Origin: Lama guanicoe | Lineage: Eukaryota | DNA length: 64,000 nt | Assembly: GCA_013239625.1 (NCBI GenBank) | Contig: MU055549.1 | Coordinates: 1,513,746-1,577,745 of the forward strand | Direction: 5' to 3' | Part shown: piece after piece, positions 1 through 13,269 of the stretch | How positions within the stretch are numbered: position 1 is the stretch's first letter | How the letters are laid out: every line of letters begins with the position of its first letter | Position numbers and translations under genes: made by a program | The notes under the pieces: model-generated | The model's database searches: none | Told to the model about the DNA's origin: nothing | What the model saw: the letters and a program-made list of their open reading frames with translations, nothing else

Positions 1-3000
1 CAGGCTTTGGGGTGAGCGTGGGGTGGGGTGACCTGGTCTTAGATCTCCAGACACCCCAGCAGCCGGCCCTGTTCAGGCCCAGGGGGGAGGGTGTGAGTGT
101 TGCCTTGCTGAATGGGCACTGGCTGTGACTCTCGGGGCCCTGGTCCCCACCCCACTCCACTGGGACATGCTGTATCATCGTGGAAACTTGCCCTCCAGGT
201 GTCCAGGCCACCTCCACGGGGGGAACCACGGGGCAGAGTCCTCGTTGTCACCTCCACGTACGTTCCCTTTGCACCCATCACCAAACCTGGCGCCCCGCAC
301 CCTGTCCTCCCTGCGCATCGCTGGTCACTGGCCGCCCCGGTGGGCTGTGGGCAGAGTCCCGCTCCTCCTCACACAGACTGTCACGTGGCTGTGTCTTCAT
401 TTCAAGCTGGGTCAGAGCTGGTCCGCTTGCCCGGGCAGAGGCAAAGCTAAGAGAGACCTCCACGAATGGCTGGAGTATTTCTGAAAATCAAGGGTTGAAG
501 GTGGACAGGGCAGCACTGCTCTCCAGCTGGACAAGTTATTCAAGGCAGGTGGTTGTCATTTGTTTGCAGAAAAAACAAGCAGAGAGTAGACTCTGCATCT
601 GGAGGCATCGGAATCCGTTCATTGCTCATCAAAGTGAATTTGCTGGTGGCGTATAGAACCTTTTCCTCCTTGGTCAGTTAAGGTGTTTTCAAAACCTTTC
701 CAATTTCTGATATATTAACACCAGTGTCTGATATAACAAAACTAGTTTTACAGGGAATAAAGGGAGAAAACGTGAAAACTTCGGACGTCGCATTCAACAC
801 GCGGATCATGCTCTCGGGACCAAAATGACTTTTTAAAAGCAACTTGGTTGTACTAATACTTTTTGCAAGAATTACGTGTGGTCTGTTTTTGTTCTTTTTT
901 AATTAGCAGGGTTAGGAAGCGGGGTTTGGTGTTGGGTGTGGTGCTTCTGGGCGGGGGCCCCGGGCCATCGGCAGACCTGAAGGGCGGCAGTGTCGGCTGG
1001 AGGGACGGGGGGGTGGGGGGGCCGGCCCTGGAAGGGGGGGCGCTTTCAGGCGGGAGAGGCGAGCGGGCTCGCCAGCAGGGGCCCGGGAGGAGCGGTAACC
1101 CCGGCTGGGGGAGGACGGGTTCTGTCTCACACACACGTTGACCTTGAGATTCTTGAACATTCGGGCTAAGATTTCTGAGGACAAAGCGACATTGAGCCTG
1201 GAACTCCTGCGTGAGCGAGATCTGGGCTGGACCTCACCGGCTTTTATTATTCCATGTACTGAGGGTAATTGGGGTTCTTGGTGAATCCTGTCCCTTTGAC
1301 TTCTCCATAGAGAAGATTTTCTGCTGAGGACTAGGCAGACTCTTGGTTCTGATTGACAATGGCATTAAAAAAAAAGATTTTATGGGAACTGTCAGCTTTT
1401 GACTCAAAAAGAGGCTCCTGACGCCTTGCGGCCGTTCCGCGCCGTTTCTGTCGGCTCCCGGACCTCGTTCACGGCTGGCTTATTGGTTCCAAGTGTGTGG
1501 TTCGCTGTTTGCGTGTTGAATGTGGCGTCTGCGAGGTTTCAAGCTTTCTCGTCTTAGTCCCAGCTGGGAATTCCTCGCAAGACAGAGACTCATCAAACTG
1601 CCAGGAAGCAGCTTTCCTTACGAGTCTGCAGTTCATTCTAAGATGTACGCAATTAGTGGAAGAAAGTCAGCAAGCTCGTGTCACCACCACGGGCCGCTAG
1701 TGAGCTCCGGGCTCGCGGGGAGGCGCCCGCGGCCGCAGGGCACGGGGTCCCTGGCTGCCTGCCATGAGCCGCACCTGCCTCTCTCTCGCCCCCCGTGATG
1801 ACGGGCAAGCAGGGAAGGCGAGGCCGCTCCGCGGTAAGCTCACCCACCTGGCGCCCGCCGTGACGGGGCCGCCGTGGGGCTCAGGTTCCTGAGCTCGGTG
1901 CTGCCGGGCAGGTACGCCCTCGCTTCCGGGGACCACCTGAGAGTCACACGCACCCACTGACGATGTGCTGCAAGCGGGGACTGGAATGCTGCCTGTGTCT
2001 CCGGTGAGGCGAGCCCTCTCTGTCCTGTTACGTGTGTGCCGCGTGGCAAAGAGATGCCACCTTCCAGCAGAATCCCCGTGGCACCCGGCCTCCAGCACCG
2101 CGGGCAGCTCGCCGCTGAGAGCGCCTCTCCTGCCCTCCCCCCGAGACGCGGGCGTCCCCCCACCTGCCTTTGTAAGCGGCTCACTGAGAGGTGCTGGCGG
2201 GAGAGAGAGGCTGGGCTGAGGCCGAGGGCAGTGATGTGCAGAGCAGACGTGCCTGGAAAGTTGGCACATGGGAGCCTTCCGATGAAATTTCTCCTTCCAC
2301 TCTGCAAAAACAGCGCATTTGCAATGTTCCTTGGCCTTCAGCGTCATTTCATGGGCTCCTTTCAACAGTTCTGAGTTTCCCCCTGCTTGTGACAATGACA
2401 AGATACTTTTTTTTTAAGTAGTGAAAGCTCTGAAATCCTCTGTGCACTGGGTTTAGAAGCACTCACCGCGGAAGCCACGTGACACCTCTCCGTGTTCTAG
2501 GGCGAGGCCTTCACCGCGCGTCCCACCGCGCCTGCTGGCCACCTGGGCGAACACGTCCTTCTCCACATCGGGGCAAAATTCAAGCATCGTTACTGCTGAA
2601 AAATGTGAGGTCGTTTTGCCGTCTGCTTTTGCGATGTGCTGGTCTCTGTAGGTGAGACCTGAACGATGCTCCTGAGTGTGAAGTCATCCAGGCCCGACCG
2701 ACGTGCTTCGTGTGATAAACACGCCGGTTACACAGATGGAAGCATTTAGTCTGCGTTTGTCTCAGGAGGGGGCAAACTGGCCCCCAGTCAGTGCCCTGTA
2801 CCTGTGACCCACCTTTTGGTTCTTTGCTCTTGGGTCAATTTGTTTTGCCTTGAAGAGCATCTTGTGTATTTAAGTGTCCCCTCTGGGACCACTAGTTCCG
2901 TAAAGACGGTGCCCGTGTCTATAGGCCCCGCCTCCTCACCCGGCCAAGGACTTCGCTTCAAGTGTGCACCTACCCTGAATGCTGTTTTAGGGGTGAGGGG

Positions 3001-3399
3001 GTATAATTGCTAAGAACTGTCACAAAGCAATTACAGAAACCAAGAATATTCTACCATCTTAATTGCTAGGGAAAAAAAATACCTTTCATTTATTTAACTT
3101 AAGATGGCCGGTACGCCCCCTCCTGGGTACCTGTGTTGCAATGTGCTGTATGTTTCTATCTCTTTGCAAACATGACGCATTTGATTTAATTATAATTTAG
3201 CTATGCATCATTTTAAAACTTGGTTGAGGGTAAGGTAAAGCTTAAAAATTAATCAACGGAGGCTGGCCTCTAAGGAGAGCGGGTAAGGTGTGTGTGGCTT
3301 CTCCAGCCTGAAGGGAAGTACAGGACACGGTTCTTGCCAGGAGTGAAGCTGGGTTTGGCCCCACCAGCGGGAAGGGCGCCCTTAGAGAAGTCTGCATGA

Positions 3400-3465
3400 G
3401 CCCGAGCATGTTAGTCCCAGCACCTGGTGCACGTTCAGCTCTTTGCTGAATCAGTGGATGAATGT
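3400..3465 (+). mobile_element. L2 LINE 3' terminal fragment
   Basis: cccagcacctggtgcacgttcagctctttgctgaatcagtggatgaatg resembles the L2 3' end (cagtgcctggcacatagtaggcgctcaataaatatttgttgaatgaatg), recalled consensus. Confidence 0.4.
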
Positions 3466-5519
3466 GTTTGCTGGCACTTTCCATCCTACTGTGACCACGA
3501 CTTGGCATTTTTGACACAAGCACTTGCTCAGACGTCAGCCAGCTGCCCCAGCACCACCGCTGCGTTCAGCGACGTGGGTAGTTCTGTGCACTTCCCACTG
3601 CCTAGGAGTGAGCGCTGCTGCTGTTTAACGTCCCGCTCCTGCAGCTTGACCTCCGATGCCCGGACTCTCTCCCGTTCTGCGTGGCTTCCAGGAGAAGCCA
3701 GGTCCTTCTGAGCTTTGCTTTCCGGTGTCAGCACAATCTGTGTGCTGCGGCCCTGGGCACGTGAGAAAGGCTTTCCCCCCACAAGGTTTCAGCCTTGCCT
3801 CCCTCAGCCTTGAGGCGGAGCGACGGCGGCCCAGGCGGTGAGCGGGTCACAGGGGTGAACAGGGATGTCTGAGCGCCCTGGTTGGTACAGACAGAACGTT
3901 CCCAAACCCCCGCCCACTTTGCTGAAAACCGCCCGAACTCTCCTTCAGGCCCAGGTTTCTTGGACCTTTTGAGGGATGACCCAGGCCCTGGCCTTGAGGG
4001 CCACCCTGTGGGCAGCCTGGGCAACGGGTCCCGGAGGGCGGCTGAAGGAGCGCGCGCGAAGCAGTTCCCAGGAGAAGCTGGCAGGAGGCAGGCGCCTCGT
4101 AGACCAGGCCGAGCTCCTGGAAGGGAGTGGGGGTCAGAGAGCCCCAGACTTACGAGACATGGGAGGGAAAGGCTTTCTGTCCCAAGGGGAAGGGGGCAGA
4201 GAGGCAACCCAGAGCAGCGAGGCCTCCCGGTGGCCGTGGGGGCGCACGTGGGTGGACGGACACGGGGACAGCCAGACGGCGGGAGCGCAGGCGCACGGCA
4301 GGGACAGCGTGTGTGCAGACCCGGCCCGCTGGCCCCAATGTGCCCGCAGCCCGGCTCTGCCAGGACACCTGCCCTCGATGCTGCTCCGAGAGACGTGCGG
4401 AGCCAGGGAGCCGCGCGGGGTGGGCCAGCTGCCTTTCCAGCCCGCAGGTCAGAGGTCAGCTGCAGCGTCAGAGCATGTGTGGCCAAGCTCTCCTGAGCCG
4501 CCTCCGGGGCAGTTTGGGGAGACGCGTGTGGGCCTTCGGCAGGGACTCCGGGGCCAGCTGGGGGCGGACGGGGCCTCCCAGACGCGCAGGCGCAGGTGCT
4601 GTCCTGGTAGGGAGCCTCCAGAAGGGCCTCGAAGGGCCTCGCACTGCTGCTCCTCGGCGGAGGGGGGGGCATGTCATGCAGGCGAAACTTCAGACCCAGG
4701 AGGGGCCAGGCCTGTGGACCCGGCGCCAGACGGGGGACGCCCTGACGTCCACAGGTTCCACAGGGGCGACGGAGACCTGCTGGGAGGGGAACAGGAGGCG
4801 CCCTGTCTGGGCCTGGAGGGGACCCGCCGCACGGCCTGTGGTCCTCACGTCCAGCGAGAGTGAGAGGACAGATGGCCCCAGGACAAAGAGCCTGGAACAG
4901 TCGGCCAACCGCGAGGGGACCCGGGTCCTGACAACGTGGGTGGATGTGAAACACTTCGGGAGGGTCCTCCCCAGAGCGAAAAGCTTCCCTGACCGGGGCG
5001 GGGGGGCGACCCTGAGGGGGACGGAGGTGAGACCTGCATCCATTCTGGTGGGGGGCGCGGGCCGAGGGGCTGTGGGGAGCGGGTGGGCTCCCGGTTGCCG
5101 GGTTCACGAGAGGTGCAGGAGTGCGGGGTGTCAGTGCAGACAGACGTACGCACCCACCCACACGGACACCGCTTTCCTTGCCACCAGAACAGAGCTTGCG
5201 TTGTGTACAGTTTGGGGTTCTGTTTCTTTGATTTTTCTCTTAACGCTGAGGCCTGCTTTTTAAAAATCACGCACTGAAATCTCTGGTGAGGCTGTTTGAT
5301 GCTGGTTAGGACGCGGCTGCAGCAGTTCTGCTGTCGCCCTGAGTTCCTGGAGTCTGACTGTTGGTGGCTCCTTAGCTACAGAATCCAAAAGGACCCCAGC
5401 CTCATGCGCATCGCCCACGAGGCCTCCGCTGTGACTAACTGGGTGCAGCGCCACATTATTTCTTCTGTGTTGGTGTTTCCTGCAGTGAACCTGTGTGGCC
5501 TCAGGACTTTGGTCTTATT

Positions 5520-7130
5520 TATTTAAAATTATTTTTAATTACAAAGGAGACTCATGTTTAATGTTGAAAATGTATACAGAAGCACAGAGAGTCGGGAGAC
5601 CGCTGTTTGTGTTTGGTTCACAGTCTTCCAGGCGTCACCAAAGAGGCAGAGGGGGACGTACCGCGCCGCACAGCCGGACGTTCTTTGCAGCGTATGGGGC
5701 GCTTTCCTCACACCCGTAGATACATACTCACATTTTCGGGTTAACCGTTGACTAGCACAACGAAATGCATTTAATAAATCACCCGCCTTTGACATTTCAA
5801 AAATTTCATTTTTTACCCAATTACAAACAACGTATGTGAGCATGGAGATGTATGTAACTTATTATTTACTGCCATCGCTAATGCAGAATTTTCCTTCTGA
5901 TTTTTGCTGGCGGTTGTGATACATGAGAACACTGTTACTCTTTTTGTAGTTTCAGCGTGTTTTCACGGATTTACAAGTAGGCAGGTGTACGCACGTCCTC
6001 CGTGGTTCACCACACGTCCCGCCTCCAGCCTCCTATGTACGTCCTTCAGCCTATCCTGTGAAATGTACCGCTGGGTGGCATTTGAGGGGTGACGGTAAGT
6101 TTCAGTGACAGCAGGAACGTGTCCAGCTCTGGACTGTATTGTCCCTAACGTCCAGGGTCACATGTGACGCTGGTGTTTAGTTAGAGATAAATGAACAGAA
6201 TTTGGTCACGTTAAGAAAGTTTGTTCCATTTATTCTGAACTTTATAAAAAATGAACATTAGAACTTATCCATGATGTTTTAGGAATTGGCGAGAACTTTT
6301 ACGAAAATCCCACTGACAGGATGGATTCCACCTGCCTGTTTCCTGATGGTGCCGGGCCTTGCTGCTCCAGGGCACCGTCCTCCCCGCGATGTCCGTGGGC
6401 ACCGGGCAGAGCAGTGGCGGTGGGTGCTGCGTCCTCGTCCGCGCGCCGTCGGCTCTGTTCCTGCTTCCACGCCGGCTGCGTGACTCAGATGCACCCTTGC
6501 TGCCGCGGGACAGTGGAAAGAGCACGGGCGGCGTCCTGCTTCAGCTTGGACTGAAATCGTGGTGTCGGCTCCACGGAGGGTCTCCTGCTCGTCTGTCTGA
6601 TGGGTTTTCCAGCCCTTTCCAGGGGTCCCCGCTGGTGACTCCTGTCTTCCTGGAATGTTCACCATTTCACTGAGACTTTTAAACTCTTTCGCGTTTACCT
6701 GCAGCTGCAGCTTCCGCTTCTGCTCTGCTGTTTGCCCTCCTCCCCTTGCTAAGGGATGGTATTCAGGAAGTTTCAGTTTTACTGACGTGAGCGCTTAGCC
6801 TGTTCACAAGTCCTATTATTTTTTGTTTATTTAATTGTCTTTAACTTTGTCATTTATGTCACTTTATTTAGGTGTATTTTTTACTTTTCTAGGTTTTGAG
6901 CTAAAGACTTAGTTTACTTTTATTCTTATTTTCAAATAACAGGAGTGTTAAAAGCTATGAACTTCCTCTGAGTGCGTCGCCGACTAAGCCCTGTGAGTTT
7001 TGACACGTGCCTTGTGTTTTCTTTTATTTTTCTCTTGCTCCCAATGATCCAGTTTCAGGCGTAAGTGGCTCTTTGGCCTAAGAAGCCCGTTTTTGCTTTA
7101 CTTTAAACAAGAGGTATTTACTGTGTCAGA
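5520..7130 (-). mobile_element. Ancient L1 (L1ME-like) fragments, antisense, highly diverged
   Basis: T-rich tract starting tttaattacaaaggagactcatgtttaatgttgaaaatgtatacagaagcacagagag, like an L1ME 3' end; later ORF2-antisense-like text (ttaagaaagtttgttccattt; aaagctatgaacttcctctgagtg). Confidence 0.45.
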
Positions 7131-8519
7131 TAACAGTAAGCACTGTGTGAAGTAAAGAAATAGCTAAAAACCAAGGCCATGGGCTGGGTGGGCTGGGGGT
7201 GACGGCAGGACGGTTTCCTGCAGGGGGGCGGGAGGCCGCACCGACCCAGGCACGTCGCAGCAGAGACGCGGGGAGACTGAGGAGCTGCCATGCTGACCCC
7301 GGCGGGTGGGCTCCCTGCGGAGGGAGGAGCAGGTGCAAAGGCCCGGAGGCCAGCGTGTGCTTGGTGGTGGGGGCAGGGAAGGCTTGGGTGATTGGAGAGA
7401 AGAACATACCTGGTCGAGCGGATGCCTCACATCTACCGAGCGCTCCTCACGTGCGGGGCCGTCCTAGGCTGTTGTGTGTGAGCCCTGCCTCCTCACAACG
7501 GCCCTGTGGAGCAGGCGGCTCTGCCTCGTCTCCTCTTCCCGGGGGGAGGAACTGGCGGGGGGTCGGACAGTTAGTGCAGAGCAGAGCCGGGGCGGACACG
7601 GCCGCCTGCTCCCAGCACCTTCTCCTGAGCGCCATGCCCTGCCCACAGGCACGCTGCTGTTAGGTCTGCAGGAGCCCCGGGAGCCCCGGCCTCCCGCTCC
7701 TCACGTGGAGATGCCCTGAGCCTGCCTGCTGTCCCTGGTTGGACGCGGAGCTCAGCAGAGGCCGGGAGCTCCGCACACCCGAGGCCGCGTGGACCCCCTT
7801 CTCTGGAGGAGCCGCCCTGACCAGCCCCCTGAAGCCCCTCCCCGTTCTCCTTTCTGTGGCGTTTACTGGGCAGGTCTACGCCTTGATGTTTACGTCTTGC
7901 ACAACAAGAACTGACAGGGTGACACGGGGCAGCCCTGGGGCAGGTTTGCCCGGAGACGAGTGCGGGAGGTGGGGGAGCAAAGAGCACCATCTGGGCTCTG
8001 GGCGCCCGAGTGGCCGCTGCGTTTCACTGGCGTTTCCTAGCAACCCAGCGGCGGGCCAGGTGCTACGTCAGCTTCTTGGAGTAGGTGACAGAGAGAACTG
8101 GCTGTCCCTCTGAGCGGCTATGAGATGAGCCACATGGCGAATCCCTGGTGATGGTGGAACCAGGGTCTGGTCTCGATGTCTTGCTGGAGACCCACGCCCC
8201 TCCAGGCACCAGGCTCCAGACCAGGCTGGGGAACGCGGGGTCCCTGACCCTCCTGCCCCCTCGCTCCCCCTCTGTGGCCCTGCTGCCCTGAAGGAGTTCC
8301 TGCTGAATGAACCAGGACACCGCAGCTGGCTGTCCCCAGGGCACAGCGCTGGTTGGGAAGGTGAGACGGCCCAGTTCCGCCTCCCTGCCCCGCGGCGGGA
8401 GCGGCCCCGGAGGGCCTCGTCCACGCCGCTGCCTGTGGTTTTGACCCAGGTCGTAGGTTGTAACACAGCTGGGAAGGCAGGAGGAGAGGTGAGAAATGCC
8501 GCTGGCATCGCGTTTAAAA

Positions 8520-8830
8520 ACAAAAACAAAGTTAGACAGAATTTAACTAATTTCATTACAGTGAATGAATACATTACTTTGTGAGCGCACTCCAGACCGG
8601 CATCTGCCCTGCGTTAATTCGCTTTTTATTGGATTATTTAAAAGACAGCAGTGTCTGTCATTAGCCCTTCCATGAATCACTTGAATAATGTTTGTGGTCA
8701 CAGAGTGAAAATCCAGCCGTGTTGTGATATATTTTTGCAATAAAAATATCAAGTTCATTTAAACAATTACTTTTTAAAACACTGTCTCTCCCCCAGTAGG
8801 TTTTCATTGATCAGATTATGAAAGGCAATC
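8520..8830. promoter_or_regulatory. AT-rich non-repeat island, candidate conserved enhancer
   Basis: Abrupt AT-rich block in GC-rich flanks; multiple TAAT/ATTA cores, TGTCA (TALE-class) and TTTATT motifs; no repeat similarity recognised. Confidence 0.4.
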
Positions 8831-11559
8831 GCGGTCCCGATTGTCTCAGTAAATTCCACGTGTGAGACAGAGGAGATGGTCGTGGCCTTGACTGGCTGGC
8901 TGGTCCCAGGGCGGAACGAGGAGCGGGCTGGGAGCGGCCACCGCGGGCGAGCGGGCTCAGCGGGCGTGAGGGCGAGTGAAGAGCAGCTCAGGCGCACTGG
9001 GGGGGATTTGAGTTTATCCACGTTGCTCTCTGACAGGACCCTTCCGAGCATCTCTGGACTGTCACGACAATGCAGCCGTGCGGACTTTTCTTGGGGAATC
9101 CCAGTCAGACCCGCCGCGTTTCCTCCCTGGGGAGCAAACGGATGGGCAGGCCCGGCAGGGGCCACGGGCCAGCCGGTTGCAGAGGAAGTGCCCGGAGCTG
9201 CTGGGGCATCTTGAGTCTGAGATGCAAGCTGCTCTTAGACAAGAGACCTCACAGGCATTTGGGTGCCCCTGTGGGGAAGGCGTCCAGCTCAGGGCCGTCG
9301 GGGTGGAGGCTGAAGCGCCAGTTGCCAGGTCGGTCAGTCCACCACCCAGCTGGGGACACGGGGTGGGCGGAGTGGAGGTCCTGGCCAGGACGGGGCAGGG
9401 AGGGAGGGTGAGGCCTGCTGGCTCCGAGGGGCCGGCTTCCCGGCACAGGGTGTCGAAAGCCCGCGATCTCAGAGGTGTGTGTGTGGGGAGGGCCAGGACG
9501 GACTCAGGTCACTCCTATGGACGCTGTGCCCCCAGTGCTGGTCCCCTGGGAGTGAGGGGTAGGCCTGGGAACAGCCCCAAACCCAGCACAGCCAAAGGGC
9601 TGGCTGGGGCTTCGGTGTTTGGGCCAGGAGGGTTCAGGGCCTGGGTCCAGCCCTGAATCCACCGCCACTGGGGCATTTTGAGTAAGTGCCTTGCTCTGGC
9701 TGGTCCTGAAGGATGTTCGCGGGGGAACATCTTCAGGGCTGTCTCCAGTCCGAGGGTCCGTGGTTTGAACGTGTCTCTGTTTGATCTACTAGTTTCACAA
9801 GGCTTGCTCGCACATTCTGCTGGAATCAGATAAGTTTCCACTTTGACGTTTCACAGAAAAGGGCCCAATGAACTTTTTTCATGTTCCCGTCCTGAAGCCC
9901 GTCCGTTTGTTTACTCCTGGTGGCAAAGAGCAGGGTTGAATTCTAGGCGGCGACGCCTGTTTCTCCACGTCCCTGTAAACCTGTCCTCCAGGCTCCAGCC
10001 ACTGGCGGAAGAGCGGGGCCGAGCGGAGTGCTGCGGACTGCGGACTGCGGACTGTTGGTTCTGCACGTTGGGTTCTGCCACTGGCTGCCGTTAGATAACA
10101 CAAACACATGCCCCAGGCTCGGAGAAAAGCTGGCAACCCCACGGCTGTCTGTAAACGGCTCTCCGGCTCCAGCGGTCACGGCAGCATAGCTCCAGAGTGA
10201 GGGCGGGGCCAGGGAGCAGCCGGCGGGGAGCCCCGCTCGGCGCCGTCCTCCCAGGACTGGGCGGCGGCTGGGCGGCACGGCCAGGCTCAGCCCGGCTCTG
10301 GGGAGCCTGGGGTGACTGGGAGGGCCGCCGCCCATCCCAGGTGCTCACCGTGTGGTCCCTCCCGGCCCCCAGCCCCCTTGCTGGGTATGTGTAAATACTC
10401 TCCTGGCTTAGGCCTCAGGTGCCTTCTCGGGTGAGGTCCTCGGGCTGCGTGCCCCCAGGGCTGGGACGGGCCCCGGGCAGAGGGGACCTGGTGGACGAGT
10501 CTCAGAGGCAGCTTGGTAAGAGCTGCGCAGGGAAGCCCCCCGAGGGGCCGGGAGGTGCACGCTTCCTGCTCCACAAGCACCAACAAAGCGTCGCAGTCGC
10601 GGCCCCCTTTGCTGCCTGCTGTGCTGGGTGATCGGGAGAGGCAGTTGATGGGGACGGGTTCAGGGCCACCCTGCCACAAGGCTCAGTGCTCCAGTGTTGG
10701 CGAGGTGGGATTTGGCTGCGGAGGACTGCGAGCCGCCCGCTCCCAGCCTGCGGCCCCAACCCCTAGTTTTGTTTCAAGGCAACAGCAGGTCCCAGGCGAG
10801 ACCTCTGCCTTTTCCCAGTGGGCCCCTGGGGGTGACACGTGACCTGGTTTTGGGGCTCCAGCTCCCCTCCTCCTTGATGGAGGAGCTCTCTGGGTGTCAG
10901 CCTCGCTCACCCCTTCCTCCTGTGCCCCGGCCCCTCCTCTGGGAGGCACGTGTCTCTCTTGTTAATATTAAAGGCATTTTGATTCAAACAGTATTCCTGT
11001 ATTTGTTTGCTTCTGAGAACTTTCCCCTCCACTTTTAGAGTTCTTTGAGAGTGAGGAATGGCGACGCTCTCACAAAGGCTACAGGCCAGGTGGCAGTCAT
11101 GCACACGTGACAAGCCAGCCCCAAGCGTTACAAAGGGGGTGTCAGAAGCTTGGCGTCACATCTCGGAGACAGAGAGGCTAGCGTCTCACCCCCAGGGTTG
11201 GACGGTTGTGGCAGTGGGTGAGGAGGCGGTGAGGCAGGCATGTCCAGCGTAAACCAGAGTCGAGCTCCGGCCGGCCCAGCAGAGCAGGGCGCCCACCGGG
11301 GCCAGGCCAAAGCTTGTGAACCTCGATTGCTTGTGTTTCAGGAGCCTTGCTTCACCAAGGCACCTGATCTCACAGAAGGAGGGCGTGTCTGGAAAGCACG
11401 GACATAAATTCGTGTTTATGTTTAATGGATTGACTGTGTATCGTTTGCTAGAGACTCAGATTTGAAAGAGATTTAGAAGAGTCAGCCCCTGAGTGTGAAG
11501 TTACAGAAAATCTTAGCCGATTGTGTATGTTATGTTGTGCCATATATTACACTATCTAA

Positions 11560-13250
11560 ATTTTAATCTACCTGCTATGAAACGCAGGGATCTTAAGTGC
11601 ACATTTGAGGAGCTCTGGTGAAAATACATACCTGTGTGACCCGTAACTCGATTACAAGCAGAATGTTTCTACCATCTCAGAGGGGTTCTTCCTGCTTGTC
11701 CCCCACCCATCCCCCCCCCCCCACCCCCCGGGGGCGCCCCCCCTTTTAAACTCTCTTTGAATTTTTATCCCATAAGTCAGTTTGACCTGTTTTTAAACTT
11801 CAGACATGAAGAACCGTGTGTTATCAAACAGAATGTATGCTATGAACGTTGCATGTACACTTGAAATGTCAGTGAGGTGACAGTGGTCGATGATGTCAGT
11901 CAAATCTTTTCTGCCCTTGGCCATTTTTTTTAACTGGTTCTATTGTTTGTGTATTTGCCTGTTTCTCCTAAATTTTGTTTTATTTTTGCCTTTTGTATTT
12001 TGCAGTTCAGTTATGAGGAGCTTAAGCCTTATGACGATTCTGTCTTGATGAATTAATCCTGTTGTTATTTAGGAAACACCCTCTGCACCTCTGGGAACAC
12101 TGCCTAGAAGCGGCCTGATTCTTGCAGAAACACTGACCTGGGTTCTTGTGCTCAGGGTGCTGACTTTCTCCCTCCTTTAGAGTCAGTCATCATCCTGGTT
12201 AACAGTATGTAGCTGGATTCTGTAGTTTTCATTTTAATATGGTCTGACAATTGCAGCCTTTTATTAGGGTTGTTTAAGCCATTTACATTTAGTGTAATTG
12301 TTGACATGGTTTTAAGTCTACCATCTTGCTCGTTTCTCTCACTTATCCTATTTGCTTTTTATTCCTTCCTTTCTGCCTCTGGATTATTCATCTATTTTTA
12401 AAAATCATACTCTTACATATTCTTTTAATTTTAAAATTTCAGCTATTGGTCTAAGAATATAATATGCATTCATAACTCGTGACGGATGGTGAATTAAGGT
12501 TAGAACACTTCACATAGGATGTTAGAATCCTACATCAGTTCTTTTCCCCTTATCCTTTGTTAATGTTGTCATGTGTTTTACTTCACTTCACATATAAACC
12601 TGCTAGTCATTGCTATTAACTTGTGAACAGTTATTCGTCTTCAAAGTAATTAAGAAAAGAGAAAAGTGTTTTTACGATCTATTTGTGTTTTGATGTTCCT
12701 CCTTCCTACCTACGGGCCCAGGGCTCCTGAGGGCTCAGACTTCCTTCTGTATCTTGTCTGCAGGTGTCCAGTCTGTTGGCTATAAAATCTCTCCACTTTC
12801 ATTTATTGGAAGATGTCTTTATTCCACTTTTTTTTTTTTCTGAACCCAGAGCTCTAACTTGGCAGGTTTATTTCAGCCCTCTCAGTGGAGCTCCCCTGTC
12901 CTCCTGGCTTCGTTTAGGACTCGAGGTCAGCAGCTATTTTTCCCATTGCTCCCCTGCATAGAATGTGTATTTTCCCCTTGCTTTTTAGATTTTTTTCCTT
13001 TATCTATGTTTTCATCAGTTGGCCATGATGTGTTTAATTGTGGGGTTTTTTTTAGTTGATTATACTTGGCATTTATTTTACTCCTTAAATTTGTGTATTC
13101 CTTTTTATTTTCATCAAATTGGGAAGATGCCCAGCCACTACACTTCAGATCTTTCTCCCTACCCCACTCTCTCTCTTTTCTTCTTCTGGGAAGTTAATGA
13201 CACAAAATGTAGACCATGTGATATTCTCACAGGTCACTGATTCTGTGCTT
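11560..13250 (-). mobile_element. Old L1M/L1ME fragments, antisense
   Basis: gatcttaagtgcacatttg...aatgtttctaccatctcagag (L1ME-type 3' end); ggtctgacaattgcagccttttattagggttgtttaagccatttacatttagtgtaattgttgacatgg and tttcatcaaattgggaagatgcccagccac are typical antisense L1M body sequence. Confidence 0.65.
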
Positions 13251-13269
13251 AGTTTATTCAGTAACTAAA

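Noticed and set aside
1564-1700. Possible coding exon (acceptor tcttagtcccag, open frames)
   Set aside because: Weak donor, unrecognised peptides and no partner exons
3728-5161. 477-aa minus-strand ORF as a protein-coding gene
   Set aside because: Pro/Arg/Gly/Ala-rich with no recognisable domain; overlapping frames are also open, as expected from stop-codon scarcity in GC-rich DNA
5296-5526. Protein-like ORF (RIQKDPSLMRIAHEASAVTNW)
   Set aside because: No convincing splice sites and no family recognised; cannot be supported without a search
10032-10055. (CTGCGGA)x3 tandem repeat
   Set aside because: Ordinary short slippage repeat without spacers; nothing CRISPR-like occurs in this eukaryotic window
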